Virus record (IMG/VR): IMGVR_UViG_3300022744_000022
Location: 144,487-208,486 of that record
Length of the DNA stretch: 64,000 bases
Reading direction: 5' to 3' (one strand)
The position numbers and the translations under genes are program-made. The notes under the pieces are model-generated. The model had not been told where the DNA came from, did no database searches, and was given only the letters and a program-made list of their open reading frames with translations. The first letter of the stretch is position 1. The number at the start of each line of letters is the position of its first letter. Below, in pieces: positions 18,926 through 28,274 of this stretch.

Positions 18926-19210
18926 ATGTACCGCACCGTCGAAGAACTGGCAACAGACCTCGTGGACGACGACCGTACCTCTTTCACGTTCGCGGAAGCG
19001 GACGAGCTGGCGGAGACGCTTCAAGTCACGACCGCCAAGGTGATCCGTGACCTCAAGGCGTATGGGCTGACTTACGAAGGCCGTCCGAACGAGAAGTCGG
19101 TTCGCGGGTTCACCTCAAACCCGCATGACCGTTGGTACGGTCCGGGCTCAAGTCCCACGCATGGCGGCTCGGGCTGGGAACAGATCGCTGGTTTCGGAGG
19201 TCGGGAATGA
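18926..19210 (+). CDS. Hypothetical protein
   Basis: 94-aa ORF after promoter motif. Confidence 0.65.
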   Translation: MYRTVEELATDLVDDDRTSFTFAEADELAETLQVTTAKVIRDLKAYGLTYEGRPNEKSVRGFTSNPHDRWYGPGSSPTHGGSGWEQIAGFGGRE

Positions 19211-19536
19211 AACTCCGGATGTTCACTCGGGTTGGGGTCATCAGTGCGACCGGGAAGCGCCGAAGCCGCAATGTGAGCGCTCGCAAGTGCGTCTCGATCG
19301 AAGACCTCGTTCGATGCTTTGAGCACAACCTCCGGTTCGTGACGGACCCTACGATTCAATCCATCCGTATCGATGTTCGCCGTCCGAGCAGCAACCCCGA
19401 ACTGAAAGAGTTCGAGAACGACCCGGACGGGGACTTCTCCTGGCAGCACGACGCAAAGCTTTCGGCAGAAGTGGCCGGTGTGCTCAAGAACAAGTACCCC
19501 GAGCTGCCCGTGACCATCGGGTACATTTTCGTATGA
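19207..19536 (+). CDS. Hypothetical protein
   Basis: ATGA-coupled on both sides. Confidence 0.55.
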   Translation: MKLRMFTRVGVISATGKRRSRNVSARKCVSIEDLVRCFEHNLRFVTDPTIQSIRIDVRRPSSNPELKEFENDPDGDFSWQHDAKLSAEVAGVLKNKYPELPVTIGYIFV

Positions 19537-21104
19537 AGCGCAAACCTAAAGAGACCAAGAAAGAGCGCAAGCAGCGCCTGGTCCAAGGGATCAAGGCGGC
19601 TCGCAACGCCCAGCCCGCAGCACCCCTGCACTTGGCCGATTCCGCCTACGTGGAAGCGATGCTGGACGGTTCCACTCGTCTGAATGTGGCTGCCGAAGTG
19701 GCGGCCGATCCCCGAGTCTCGATCTGGCTGCAACAGCTCGACAAGCGCATGGACCTGATCGCGAGTCGGGGCAGCGTTACCCGCAAGCAGTGTGACGTGA
19801 TCCTGAGCATCGTCCAAGAGTGGGAGAACGCCAACGCCACCAATCGGTTCAAGTCCAAGGCGGAGGCCTCTGTCTCGGTGGCCCGGATGCTCGATAGCGT
19901 GATCAAAGCGCTCCCGAAATCCAAAGTCCCGCTCACCCCTGAGCAGATACGACGCGAGGCCGAAGACATCGGAGAGCTGTCTGACGCGATCCTAGACACC
20001 AAGTCCAACTTCGTGAAGACCGCCGGTCGGGTTGTACTCCCCGAGGGTCAAGCTGCCGTTGAAACTTACCTCTACTGCATGCAGAAGCTCATGGAGGGGG
20101 CCAACGGCATCGTCAAGGACTTGGACGACAAGGGTAAGCGTGCAGGTATCGAGGCAGCCCGGCAGATTTGGGCTCAAGCTCGGGACGCGAGGGTGTTCGA
20201 GATCCCCGCTCAGATCTGGCAGAGCCAGCACCGCATTCACGAACAGCACTTCATGATGGCGATTGCCAAGCAACAGATCCCCCAAGAGGAAGCGCTGGAA
20301 TTCCTGCGTGTGAACGCACAGGTCCAACCCTTCCCGGAGAAGCTCCCGTTCGACTACTGCTACATCGGGCTCGGGGCTGGGGTCATGCTCGACTTGGCGC
20401 TGGCGAAGATGCGGATCTCCGGTTCGGACAAGAAAGAGAACGTGGTGGGGGTGTGCTTACTCGGGTACCTGATCTGCGGTCCGAACAAGCAAGTCTACGA
20501 GATGCTCCACGTCATCTTGGAGGACACCGACTTCTTTCTGCCGTTGGCCCAGCGCTACGATGGTTCATGGCCTTTCGGTGAGACTCTCGCGGCATGGCTC
20601 GTGGCTCAGATGGTGGACCTGATCAACGAGCACAACACCGTGGTAATCAACCACGAGCCCTCGCAGAAGATGAAGGCCGCTTACCGTAAGACCGGCAAAG
20701 GCGCTCCAGGCTTCCTCCCCCGGCCCTACTACACACTGCACCTGAAGCACTCGATCATTGACGAGTCCGAGCTTGAGCCCCGGAGCGAGAACGGTTTTGG
20801 CCGGACCCTGGCGTACCGCTACGACCGACGGGGGCATGAACGCTGCTACGTGGCACGCGGCCCTCTACCCATTGACGAGAAGACCGAGAAGAAGCTGCTC
20901 AAGTACGGGTACCGCTTCATCGTGGGCAAGCCTGACGCTGAGGATGCCGCTCGGCTGGCCTACCGCAACTTCCCACCCAAACGCTCGGACGAGTGGATGG
21001 CGGTCAAGGTTCGCTGGATCGAAGACGTAGTGGTGGGAGACGAGAAGCTACCGTACATCCCGGCGGTCAGAGTTCCCGAGAAGCCTCAGGTGCTAGCCCC
21101 ATGA
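19533..21104 (+). CDS. Large hypothetical protein
   Basis: 523-aa ORF with GC3-biased codons. Confidence 0.75.
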   Translation: MKRKPKETKKERKQRLVQGIKAARNAQPAAPLHLADSAYVEAMLDGSTRLNVAAEVAADPRVSIWLQQLDKRMDLIASRGSVTRKQCDVILSIVQEWENANATNRFKSKAEASVSVARMLDSVIKALPKSKVPLTPEQIRREAEDIGELSDAILDTKSNFVKTAGRVVLPEGQAAVETYLYCMQKLMEGANGIVKDLDDKGKRAGIEAARQIWAQARDARVFEIPAQIWQSQHRIHEQHFMMAIAKQQIPQEEALEFLRVNAQVQPFPEKLPFDYCYIGLGAGVMLDLALAKMRISGSDKKENVVGVCLLGYLICGPNKQVYEMLHVILEDTDFFLPLAQRYDGSWPFGETLAAWLVAQMVDLINEHNTVVINHEPSQKMKAAYRKTGKGAPGFLPRPYYTLHLKHSIIDESELEPRSENGFGRTLAYRYDRRGHERCYVARGPLPIDEKTEKKLLKYGYRFIVGKPDAEDAARLAYRNFPPKRSDEWMAVKVRWIEDVVVGDEKLPYIPAVRVPEKPQVLAP

Positions 21105-21388
21105 TCTCTCATGCCCGCAAGCTTCATATCAACGGAGAGACCTACCACTGGACGGGCTCCAAAAACGGGATTGTGCTCGATCTCGGGGCACACGGTCGGT
21201 TCGAGGTCGGGCTCGAAGTGATCAATCCCGAGAATTACTGCTGGAGCGGCTGTTGCGATCCGGCCCCTCATCCGACACCTGGCCTCGCAAGTCACATCGC
21301 ACGCATTCAACTGGCAACGGATCTCGTGTTGGAACCTGGTGTCGAGATTGACCACGTGTGGAAAGTCACATCCGTGAGGAAGCTGTGA
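21101..21388 (+). CDS. Hypothetical protein
   Basis: Coupled ORF. Confidence 0.5.
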   Translation: MISHARKLHINGETYHWTGSKNGIVLDLGAHGRFEVGLEVINPENYCWSGCCDPAPHPTPGLASHIARIQLATDLVLEPGVEIDHVWKVTSVRKL

Positions 21389-21837
21389 CGGTACGGATCC
21401 TCACGAACTTCCTGACTCAAGTGGACATTGAGCAGCTCTTGCTCTTTGCTGAACAAGGTAACTTCGAGCCCGGCCGTCAAGGCACTGGCTACGTCAAGGC
21501 GTGCATCCCGCCCCAACTCTTTCCCGAGCTACGCAAAGACTCGCTCAAGCAGCTCGGGGCAACCCTGGACGTTGGGCACGACTGCTATCTCGTACGGTAC
21601 GGGGTGAACACCTGGATCCCGTCTCACAAGGATGATGCCCCGCTTGCTCAAGAGCACCACCGCCTCAATGCCATGGTCACGATGCCCGAACGAGGTGGCC
21701 AGCTCATCGTGGAAGGCCAGTCCATCGAGCTTGCAGTCCGCGATGCCTACGTTTTCCGACCGGACCTTCAGGAGCACGAGGTGCAACGTGTCGAAGCCGG
21801 TGTACGGCTCATTTGGTCCGTTGGCGTTCTGGTCTAA
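21385..21837 (+). CDS. 2OG-Fe(II) oxygenase superfamily protein
   Basis: YLVRY..IPSHKD, GGQL, FRPD...HEV..V..GVR. Confidence 0.8.
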   Translation: MTVRILTNFLTQVDIEQLLLFAEQGNFEPGRQGTGYVKACIPPQLFPELRKDSLKQLGATLDVGHDCYLVRYGVNTWIPSHKDDAPLAQEHHRLNAMVTMPERGGQLIVEGQSIELAVRDAYVFRPDLQEHEVQRVEAGVRLIWSVGVLV

Positions 21838-21851
21838 CCCCTGAGCCCTTC

Positions 21852-22241
21852 ATGAAACCCAACCAACTCTTGGTTCACCGTCTCTGGTCCCTCTGGAACC
21901 CCGTGGCAGCCCTGGGCTTACGCCCCAAGGACGTAGGGCGCTTTGGCCAAGTAGAGCCTCTGACGACCTTCCGAGAAGACCGCCGGGGCATCAAGTACCA
22001 TCAGGGCCGGATCCACTACTTCGTGCAGTGTCTCCGAGACGGCATCGAGTTGGATCCGATTTCCATCGACAACGATTGTGGGCACAACCTGATCCTGCCT
22101 ATCCCCGTTGTGCTCGACGGCAACCACAGATTCATCGCGCACATCCTCCTGGGGATCCCCCGGATCCCCGCCCATTACGGAGGTCGAGTGGACCTTCTGC
22201 GCTACCTGGAGGGGAAGCGGATGACGCCCCCGAAAGACTAG
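21852..22241 (+). CDS. ParB/Srx-like N-terminal domain protein
   Basis: LDPISID...VVLDGNHRFIA...LG. Confidence 0.6.
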   Translation: MKPNQLLVHRLWSLWNPVAALGLRPKDVGRFGQVEPLTTFREDRRGIKYHQGRIHYFVQCLRDGIELDPISIDNDCGHNLILPIPVVLDGNHRFIAHILLGIPRIPAHYGGRVDLLRYLEGKRMTPPKD

Positions 22242-22465
22242 CCAGCGTGGCAGTCGTAAGCGCCCGAGAATGTGGCGAGAATTCGTTCCGTGAATGTGGT
22301 GGGACGCCCTTCGGGGCACTGTGCCAAGGGGATGGGCAGGCTTTTCACTTGCTCGGCATCGAGCCCAACAGAGCTACCGCATGCCTCACAACGATACATT
22401 GACCAGCGGTAACCCTCGGTCTGAATCTGCGAATCTAGCTTGAACAGGTGTACTCGTTTGGCCAC
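22238..22465 (-). CDS. Small Zn-ribbon protein
   Basis: YRCEACG; GGTGTA 9 nt before GTG 22465. Confidence 0.55.
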   Translation of the reverse strand: MAKRVHLFKLDSQIQTEGYRWSMYRCEACGSSVGLDAEQVKSLPIPLAQCPEGRPTTFTERILATFSGAYDCHAG

Positions 22466-22524
22466 AGACAAGACTACACCAAAAGCGCTTGGATCTGGTG
22501 CTGCCGTGCGCTACAGAGCACAGA

Positions 22525-22607
22525 AGGTGGGTTTGAGGCGGGATAGCGCCCCACGGTCGAGACTCCCCAGTCCTTGGCCCGGCCGCTATTCCGCCTCAAA
22601 CCCATCT
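22525..22607 (+). ncRNA. Candidate structured RNA: 24-bp stem with inner hairpin
   Basis: AGGTGGGTTTGAGGCGGGATAGCG / CGCTATTCCGCCTCAAACCCATCT; both mismatches are G-U on + strand. Confidence 0.45.
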
Positions 22608-22696
22608 AGACGCTTGACGCCTCGTTCTGGACCGTGTTAGGCAGGGAACACGGATCGCGCCCTACGGGCCCCGTCCGCACAACCTAAGGACACCAG

Positions 22697-23248
22697 ATGG
22701 GCCACCCCGCAGGTAGCTTCTGTTCCCTTTGTCTCAAATCTGAGTCAGAGGTCCCCCGCTTGATTGTGAGCGGCACGATGGCAGCGGTTTGCACCGAGTG
22801 CATTCAGCTCTGCAACGAGATTTTGGAGGGGGACGACGAGCCTTTCACAGAGGAACCCCCGCCCCGCTACGTGGGTGGCGAGAGACCCCCTGTGCTCCCC
22901 GATACGCTCTCGATCGAGCTGTTCTACCACGCCACCGAGGTGATGCTGAACACGTTGGTGCTCTCGGGAGAACCCCAGCCCTATAGTACGGTGGCCCCCA
23001 TCGTGGGCTACCACCACCGGGACCGGAACTTCTATCGCATGCTCGGGCGGTCCCTACGTGAGGACCACGCCGCTGGACGCCCCCTCAGGGCCTCCATGGT
23101 CATCAACAAGGCTCTGGGGATGCCTGGGCAGGCCTACTTCATGGTCTGCCGTGAGCTGGGCCTGGAAGTCCCCAAGGGCGGTGAAGCGGCCTTCTGGACT
23201 GCCCAGCTCGACCGCCTCGCCCTAGAGTTTTCCGAAGTCCAAGTGTAG
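22697..23248 (+). CDS. ClpX-type C4 zinc-finger domain protein
   Basis: FCSLC.KSESEV.RLI......VCTECIQLCNEIL; no AAA+ domain. Confidence 0.7.
   Translation: MGHPAGSFCSLCLKSESEVPRLIVSGTMAAVCTECIQLCNEILEGDDEPFTEEPPPRYVGGERPPVLPDTLSIELFYHATEVMLNTLVLSGEPQPYSTVAPIVGYHHRDRNFYRMLGRSLREDHAAGRPLRASMVINKALGMPGQAYFMVCRELGLEVPKGGEAAFWTAQLDRLALEFSEVQV
23222..23247 (+). promoter_or_regulatory. Bipartite motif CTAGAGTT-N12-AGTGTA
   Basis: ATG 23257 is 9 nt downstream. Confidence 0.7.
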
Positions 23249-23256
23249 TACCCTCC

Positions 23257-23475
23257 ATGAAAGCCCTCTTGAACACGGTCTTTGCAGACGCCGCCAAGTG
23301 CCTGCACCCCAAGGCTCAGACCAAGAAGTACGTGGGCTCCACCGAGACCTACCACTACTGTCCGGACTGCATGACGACCTGGGGCGGCGAAGAGGGCCCC
23401 CGGAAGGTTGCGTTGATCGCGGCGGCGGCCCGGTACGAAGAAAGCCTTCCGATCTGGGAGTCGAGTCTGCTCTAG
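23257..23475 (+). CDS. Small Zn-binding protein
   Basis: CLH...YCPDC. Confidence 0.55.
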   Translation: MKALLNTVFADAAKCLHPKAQTKKYVGSTETYHYCPDCMTTWGGEEGPRKVALIAAAARYEESLPIWESSLL

Positions 23476-23511
23476 GTGCGGATTTAGGGCGGCGGCGGTG
23501 TAGCCTAAAGG

Positions 23512-23913
23512 ATGAGCACAGGCGTCAAACAAGTGATCGTGGTCCGTAAAGACCTCAACATGCGCAAGGGTAAAATTGCTGCCCAGGTTGCGCACGCGGC
23601 CATGATGTTCCTGATCAAGCCCGCCGAGGTCTACTGGGCTACAGACACTGTGGCTTCGTTCAAGACCCTGGTGACCCCACACCAACACGCTTGGCTCACC
23701 GGGTCCTTCACGAAGGTCGTGCCTTACTGCAACTCCGAGGCCGAGTTACGCGACCTAATCCAGAAAGCCCGAGATGCAGGAGTTGTGGTTCACGAGTGTA
23801 CAGACAACGGTCTCACCGAGTTCCACGGGGTCAAGACGCTCACCTGTGCCGCTTTTGGTCCCGATCTACCGGCAGTTCTCGACCCGATCACCGGCCACCT
23901 GTCCTTGTTGTGA
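23512..23913 (+). CDS. pth2: Peptidyl-tRNA hydrolase, Pth2 type
   Basis: KQVIVVRKDLNMRKGKIAAQVAHA, KVV, DNGLTEF, TLTC.AFGP, DPITGHLSLL. Confidence 0.92.
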   Translation: MSTGVKQVIVVRKDLNMRKGKIAAQVAHAAMMFLIKPAEVYWATDTVASFKTLVTPHQHAWLTGSFTKVVPYCNSEAELRDLIQKARDAGVVVHECTDNGLTEFHGVKTLTCAAFGPDLPAVLDPITGHLSLL

Positions 23914-23923
23914 TCAGAAACCC

Positions 23924-23949
23924 CTAGAGTTCTACCCTTCCCATGTGTA
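23924..23949 (+). promoter_or_regulatory. Bipartite motif CTAGAGTT-N12-TGTGTA
   Basis: Upstream of the RNA ligase gene, which also has a GGAGAGG SD. Confidence 0.65.
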
Positions 23950-23970
23950 GTACCGGGAGAGGTTACGGCC

Positions 23971-24618
23971 ATGTCTCCCAAGTACCCCCGCACCTTTCAT
24001 CTCCCGTACAGCCCTGGCGGCACGTCGGATGACCGTCGCCTGACGGACACCCGGTCGCTGATCGGTCGTCCGTTGGTCATCACTGAGAAAATGGACGGAT
24101 CCAACGTGTCGATGGAGCGCCAAGGGTGCTTCGCTCGAAGCCACGCTTCGGCTCCGAACCACCCGAGCTTCGATGCCTTCAAGGCGTCCCATGCAGCGGT
24201 CAAACACCTGATCCCGGAAGGGGTCCAGGTGTTCGGTGAGTGGCTGTACGCCCTGCACAGCATCGGCTACCAGGCTCTCCCGAGCTACTTCCAGGTGTTC
24301 GGAGTGCGGGCCAACGGGCTGTGGGCCTCGTGGGCGGAAGTCGAGCTGTGGGCTCAAGAGCTGGGCACCGTGACGGCCCCGCTGCTAGTCGGTCCCCGCT
24401 GCTTCGAGAACCAGAACGACCTTCAGGACTGCGTAGAGCAGTTGGTCCGCAAGCCCTCGGCCTGCGGGGGCGAGCGGGAAGGCTGTGTGGTTCGCCTGGC
24501 TGGCGAGTTCGCGGATCAGGACTTCGGTACCTCGGTAGCGAAGTGGGTCCGAAAAGATCACGTCAACACGGACGACCACTGGAGCACCCAAGAGATCGTC
24601 AAGAACCGCTTGGGGTAA
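23971..24618 (+). CDS. ATP-dependent RNA ligase (Rnl2-like nucleotidyltransferase)
   Basis: KYPRT.HL, TEKMDGSN (motif I), FGEW, FQVFGV, EGCVVR, AKWVR. Confidence 0.85.
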   Translation: MSPKYPRTFHLPYSPGGTSDDRRLTDTRSLIGRPLVITEKMDGSNVSMERQGCFARSHASAPNHPSFDAFKASHAAVKHLIPEGVQVFGEWLYALHSIGYQALPSYFQVFGVRANGLWASWAEVELWAQELGTVTAPLLVGPRCFENQNDLQDCVEQLVRKPSACGGEREGCVVRLAGEFADQDFGTSVAKWVRKDHVNTDDHWSTQEIVKNRLG

Positions 24619-24643
24619 AAACAACGAAACACCGGAGAGGGGG

Positions 24644-24669
24644 CTAGAGTTTAGCCTCTCTCCGGTGTA
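24644..24669 (+). promoter_or_regulatory. Bipartite motif CTAGAGTT-N12-GGTGTA inside an inverted repeat
   Basis: ATG 24679 is 9 nt downstream; ACACCGGAGAG...CTCTCCGGTGT stem. Confidence 0.7.
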
Positions 24670-24678
24670 GTAGTAATC

Positions 24679-25077
24679 ATGGGCCTGCCGCAACACCGCG
24701 TCGTTCACATTCTGCACCAAGGGCTTGCGCTCTGCGGCGCTGGACTGCCCAACAGTTGGCCCACAGCTCACCGCTGGGTGTCGATTGCGGACTACCCGAA
24801 CGAGATCGGCAAGAACAGCTTCTGTCACGAGTGTGAGGCGGTCATGACCATCCCGATCAAACAGCAAGAAGACCCTGAGCCCCCTTTCGAGGAGTGCTGC
24901 TTCTGCTTCAAATCCACACGGTTCTGGACCGTGCTGCCGGACCGCAAGGGCGGGGAGCAGGTAGCGTGCTGCCAACCGTGTTCCAAGCTCCACATCCCGT
25001 CGCAGGTGCCCTCAAAGCCCGACTGGTGTGCGGAAGCGCGTAAGAGGCGTCCCAGACTCTACCCGGGGCAACCATGA
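24679..25077 (+). CDS. Cys-rich hypothetical protein
   Basis: Several CxxC. Confidence 0.6.
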   Translation: MGLPQHRVVHILHQGLALCGAGLPNSWPTAHRWVSIADYPNEIGKNSFCHECEAVMTIPIKQQEDPEPPFEECCFCFKSTRFWTVLPDRKGGEQVACCQPCSKLHIPSQVPSKPDWCAEARKRRPRLYPGQP

Positions 25078-25367
25078 CCCGCCGTTCCGCAGTCATGCAG
25101 ATCAGCTCGCAAGAGGTCTTCTGGGTCCCTGAGTCCAAGTGTGTGGACCTACCGGGGAAGCCGCTCAGGGTGTGGACCCTGGCGTCCCACTCGGACCCCA
25201 ACACGAAGCCGAAGTTACCCATCACCCCACAGCACGGGTTCAACGCCTTCCTCGAAGACGAGAGGCATGACTGGACCTACCACATGCTCGGGGGAGAGCC
25301 TTGGCTCAGGTACAACAGCCGAGTGCGAGATCACTCGGTCTGGATCCTCTGCGAGTTCAAGCCGTGA
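25074..25367 (+). CDS. Hypothetical protein
   Basis: Coupled ORF. Confidence 0.5.
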   Translation: MTRRSAVMQISSQEVFWVPESKCVDLPGKPLRVWTLASHSDPNTKPKLPITPQHGFNAFLEDERHDWTYHMLGGEPWLRYNSRVRDHSVWILCEFKP

Positions 25368-25789
25368 CCCCACAAGCCATCGATCAGGAACTCCGCCACC
25401 TTCGCTTGAAGTTCGAGCGCGAGCCCTCGGAGTTTCTCAAAGGACGCATCGCCCTCATGGAGCGGGTCCAAGAGGCGTGCCGAGCAGTCCAACCCGCTTC
25501 GATTCTAGAGGGGAGTTTGGCTGAGTGCCGTGATTGCAAAGGTTATGTGCCTGGCTTCATGGTCTTTGATTGGGTGTGGTTGGAGGGGTGGCCCTCGTAC
25601 CCAGCCGAAAAGAACGCTTTGGAGGAACGCTTTGGGAGTGGGGATCTCAGGGCAATTCTAGAGTTGTGTGTGCCTTGCCTAGAGGCTCGTTTGAAGCGCC
25701 CCCTCAGGACAGAGGATGTCTTGGCGATCCCTTTCAACGCTTGGCTTCTTACTCGACTTTATATCGCGAAATTGGGGCAAAATGATTGA
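25364..25789 (+). CDS. Hypothetical Zn-binding protein
   Basis: CRDC...FMVFDWVW...LCVPCLEARL.RPL. Confidence 0.55.
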   Translation: MTPQAIDQELRHLRLKFEREPSEFLKGRIALMERVQEACRAVQPASILEGSLAECRDCKGYVPGFMVFDWVWLEGWPSYPAEKNALEERFGSGDLRAILELCVPCLEARLKRPLRTEDVLAIPFNAWLLTRLYIAKLGQND

Positions 25790-26102
25790 CCCTCACCTGT
25801 TCACGGTCGAGAGCTTGCTCAAAGCGTTGCTTGACGACGCATACGGCAACCGCGACATGTGGCGGCAGTTGGCAGAGATCATTCCGAACTACTTCCCGCC
25901 AAGCCCAAGACCTGAGGTCGAGGTTCAGCAAGTCCTACCTGAGTTGCAACCTAAATGCGTGGTGCGGGTAGGATCGTCGTTCTTGCGTTACTCAAAAGGG
26001 CCCCGCCAGGGTTTCTTTTGGGACCTATACGGGGACGACTTCCAGACTCCTGAACTGGCATTGCTTGCCCTTCTACAAGCGCCCGTTCCACCTATGCCTT
26101 AG
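25782..26102 (+). CDS. Hypothetical protein
   Basis: ORF from ATG 25782. Confidence 0.5.
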   Translation: MIDPHLFTVESLLKALLDDAYGNRDMWRQLAEIIPNYFPPSPRPEVEVQQVLPELQPKCVVRVGSSFLRYSKGPRQGFFWDLYGDDFQTPELALLALLQAPVPPMP

Positions 26103-26133
26103 AGATTCGTGAGGCGCGAGCCAGAGCCCTACG

Positions 26134-26493
26134 ATGAGCTACTCGTACACAGAACCACCCCCGTGTAACGAGTGCGGGATCTGTTGCACCACCAACCTGG
26201 AGTTTGGGCGAGGGGGCTACGTCCAGCTCACCGAAGCAGACTACGCACGGTTGCCTGAGAAGTATCGGCTCAAGGTCGTTCTTGAATCCGACCTCAATGT
26301 GGACCGGCTAGGGATCAAAGGAACGCCTGAGACGGGGTACCGTTGCACGGCCCTCAAAGGGATCCCTAATCACAAGACTTCGTGCGACATTTACGAACAG
26401 CGCCCTACGGTTTGCCGGACCTTCGAGCGAGGATCACCGGATTGCCGTAAAGAACGTGCCAACTGGCTCTTCAACGATCGGAATCGTCCATGA
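26134..26493 (+). CDS. YkgJ-like CxxCxxCC cysteine-cluster protein
   Basis: CNECGICC, RCTAL, CDIYEQRPTVCRTF. Confidence 0.85.
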   Translation: MSYSYTEPPPCNECGICCTTNLEFGRGGYVQLTEADYARLPEKYRLKVVLESDLNVDRLGIKGTPETGYRCTALKGIPNHKTSCDIYEQRPTVCRTFERGSPDCRKERANWLFNDRNRP

Positions 26494-26981
26494 CCACTGA
26501 CACCAAACCTCGGATCAACACCATCCACAATCTCGGGCCCATCGACCCCGTGGAGCCCGGACACACGTACGAGTTCCTGTTTGGCATGAGCACACGAGCC
26601 GGTCACGTACACGAGCGGGGCTCGCTCCTGCACGTCGAAGACCGCACCACCCGAACCCCGCATGGGGAGATCAGTGAATCCGGAAGCAACTGGGTGTGCC
26701 GAACCCAGCACGGCACGTCCGTGTGGGCTACTCTTGAGCAGTGCCTGTCCCGGGGCATGCTCAAACGCCTGAGGGACTACACGGTTTACTTCTGGAACGG
26801 GGAGCTGGGGGCAGACCCCAAGGACCGTCGGGGACGCCCTCTCGTACACAACACCGTCATGGGCTTCACAGCCGACGACCTCGAAAATCTGACGGGCCAC
26901 TACGACGTGATGATCACGACGAGCACTTGCCCGCCCGTCCTATACCTCAACAAGGTCGGTGGGAAATTCGGCCAGCGCTAG
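26490..26981 (+). CDS. Hypothetical protein
   Basis: 163-aa coupled ORF. Confidence 0.6.
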   Translation: MTTDTKPRINTIHNLGPIDPVEPGHTYEFLFGMSTRAGHVHERGSLLHVEDRTTRTPHGEISESGSNWVCRTQHGTSVWATLEQCLSRGMLKRLRDYTVYFWNGELGADPKDRRGRPLVHNTVMGFTADDLENLTGHYDVMITTSTCPPVLYLNKVGGKFGQR

Positions 26982-27460
26982 TCGTCTGCCAGATGATCCC
27001 AAAGGGTCACTGGCTTAGCAGCGGTCTCCGGCGTAGGGGTGTCTCGCCTGTAGAGACGACGCTGATACAGGGGTTGCAGATCAGGCTCAACCCGTTCCCC
27101 AAACCGGGTGAGCGCTTCGATCATCCCACGTGAGATCCTGGCATCCGAACGTATACGGATCCTGACCCTGGAGGGGTGGACTTCCACACCGTGAAATCCG
27201 ATCTCGGCGGCGAGCGCTTGGATCGTTTGAACGAGGTGCCGATCCAGATCCCGTTCACCGGCCACGTGATCCTCGACCTCAAGCCACCCTTCACGATCTC
27301 GGGAGCGTGCAGGGTTCACGATGAGCCGACGCAGGTAGCTTAGCGCCAAGACCGTGGAACGCCCTGTACGGCGGTAGTCCTCGGTCCCATCATGGAGCCA
27401 GTCCAAGGCTTCCAGAGCCCTGCGTTGAGGCGGCGTGAGCGAGAAGACGGGTGGGGGCAC
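26978..27460 (-). CDS. Hypothetical protein with C-terminal VTLWDHLADD tag
   Basis: GGTGTA 9 nt before GTG; RTGRST degenerate P-loop-like. Confidence 0.65.
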   Translation of the reverse strand: MPPPVFSLTPPQRRALEALDWLHDGTEDYRRTGRSTVLALSYLRRLIVNPARSRDREGWLEVEDHVAGERDLDRHLVQTIQALAAEIGFHGVEVHPSRVRIRIRSDARISRGMIEALTRFGERVEPDLQPLYQRRLYRRDTPTPETAAKPVTLWDHLADD

Positions 27461-27479
27461 TCTGTAGAGTACACCGGGT

Positions 27480-27713
27480 TCAGTCGAGCAGCCGGTGGGC
27501 GCTCAGCACCGATCCATCCGGCTTGAAGACAACGAGCACGGGGGTCCCATTCTCAATCGCCCGTTTGGAGTGCCCGTTTGCGTACACGACCAACGGGAAA
27601 CGAACCGAGGTATCGTCGTCCAGCCGCACCTGTATCGAGAGCGACCTCGGGTAGACGTTGAGGATCACGCCTCGCTGGGTCTTGACCTCAGGGGTTTTCG
27701 GCTTCTTTGCCAC
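27480..27713 (-). CDS. Small OB-fold-like hypothetical protein
   Basis: 77-aa beta-rich ORF. Confidence 0.45.
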   Translation of the reverse strand: MAKKPKTPEVKTQRGVILNVYPRSLSIQVRLDDDTSVRFPLVVYANGHSKRAIENGTPVLVVFKPDGSVLSAHRLLD

Positions 27714-27753
27714 CCCTACGCCTGTGCCTTATGAAGTGTGTCCACCAAAGGGC

Positions 27754-27939
27754 CTACACCACCAAAAGCCAGTAGGCGATCCCTGCGAAGACCGCGACGG
27801 TGATTCCAAACAACGCCCCCACAACCAGCCGATCCCCAAGCTGCAAGCTACGCCCCACAGGACAGACGCAGTAGCGGTACCGATCATCATCTGGTCCCAC
27901 AGGAAGCGAGCCCGAATCTTGGCACCAGCGGCATGTCAT
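27754..27939 (-). CDS. Small Zn-ribbon membrane protein
   Basis: CRWC..CVC plus C-terminal TM. Confidence 0.5.
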   Translation of the reverse strand: MTCRWCQDSGSLPVGPDDDRYRYCVCPVGRSLQLGDRLVVGALFGITVAVFAGIAYWLLVV

Positions 27940-28274
27940 GTGTGCCTGGTCTTGATATCCGTAGCCACAACCTGCACGAACCGCTGGTACGCCTCAGGGT
28001 CCTTTTCTTTGAAGAGTTCCAGGGCGCGATAGAGATTCATGTACGCGGGGTTGAACACGGGGACCCCCTGCACCTCAACCAAGATAGCGGCCATCACCGT
28101 GTGGTTCCCGAGGATGCGAATGTCTGTCGCATCCTCAAGAACTTGACGACTTGTCCACACTCTTGTGTCCCCAGGGAGGGCTTCAACCCGAGTGGCGGGG
28201 TACCGCTCTGCGATAGCTTCCTCGGCCTGTACTTGCTCTCTGGAGTGTTGGAGCCCCTCTTGGATCGTGGTCAT
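27936..28274 (-). CDS. Hypothetical protein
   Basis: Coupled ORF. Confidence 0.55.
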   Translation of the reverse strand: MTTIQEGLQHSREQVQAEEAIAERYPATRVEALPGDTRVWTSRQVLEDATDIRILGNHTVMAAILVEVQGVPVFNPAYMNLYRALELFKEKDPEAYQRFVQVVATDIKTRHT

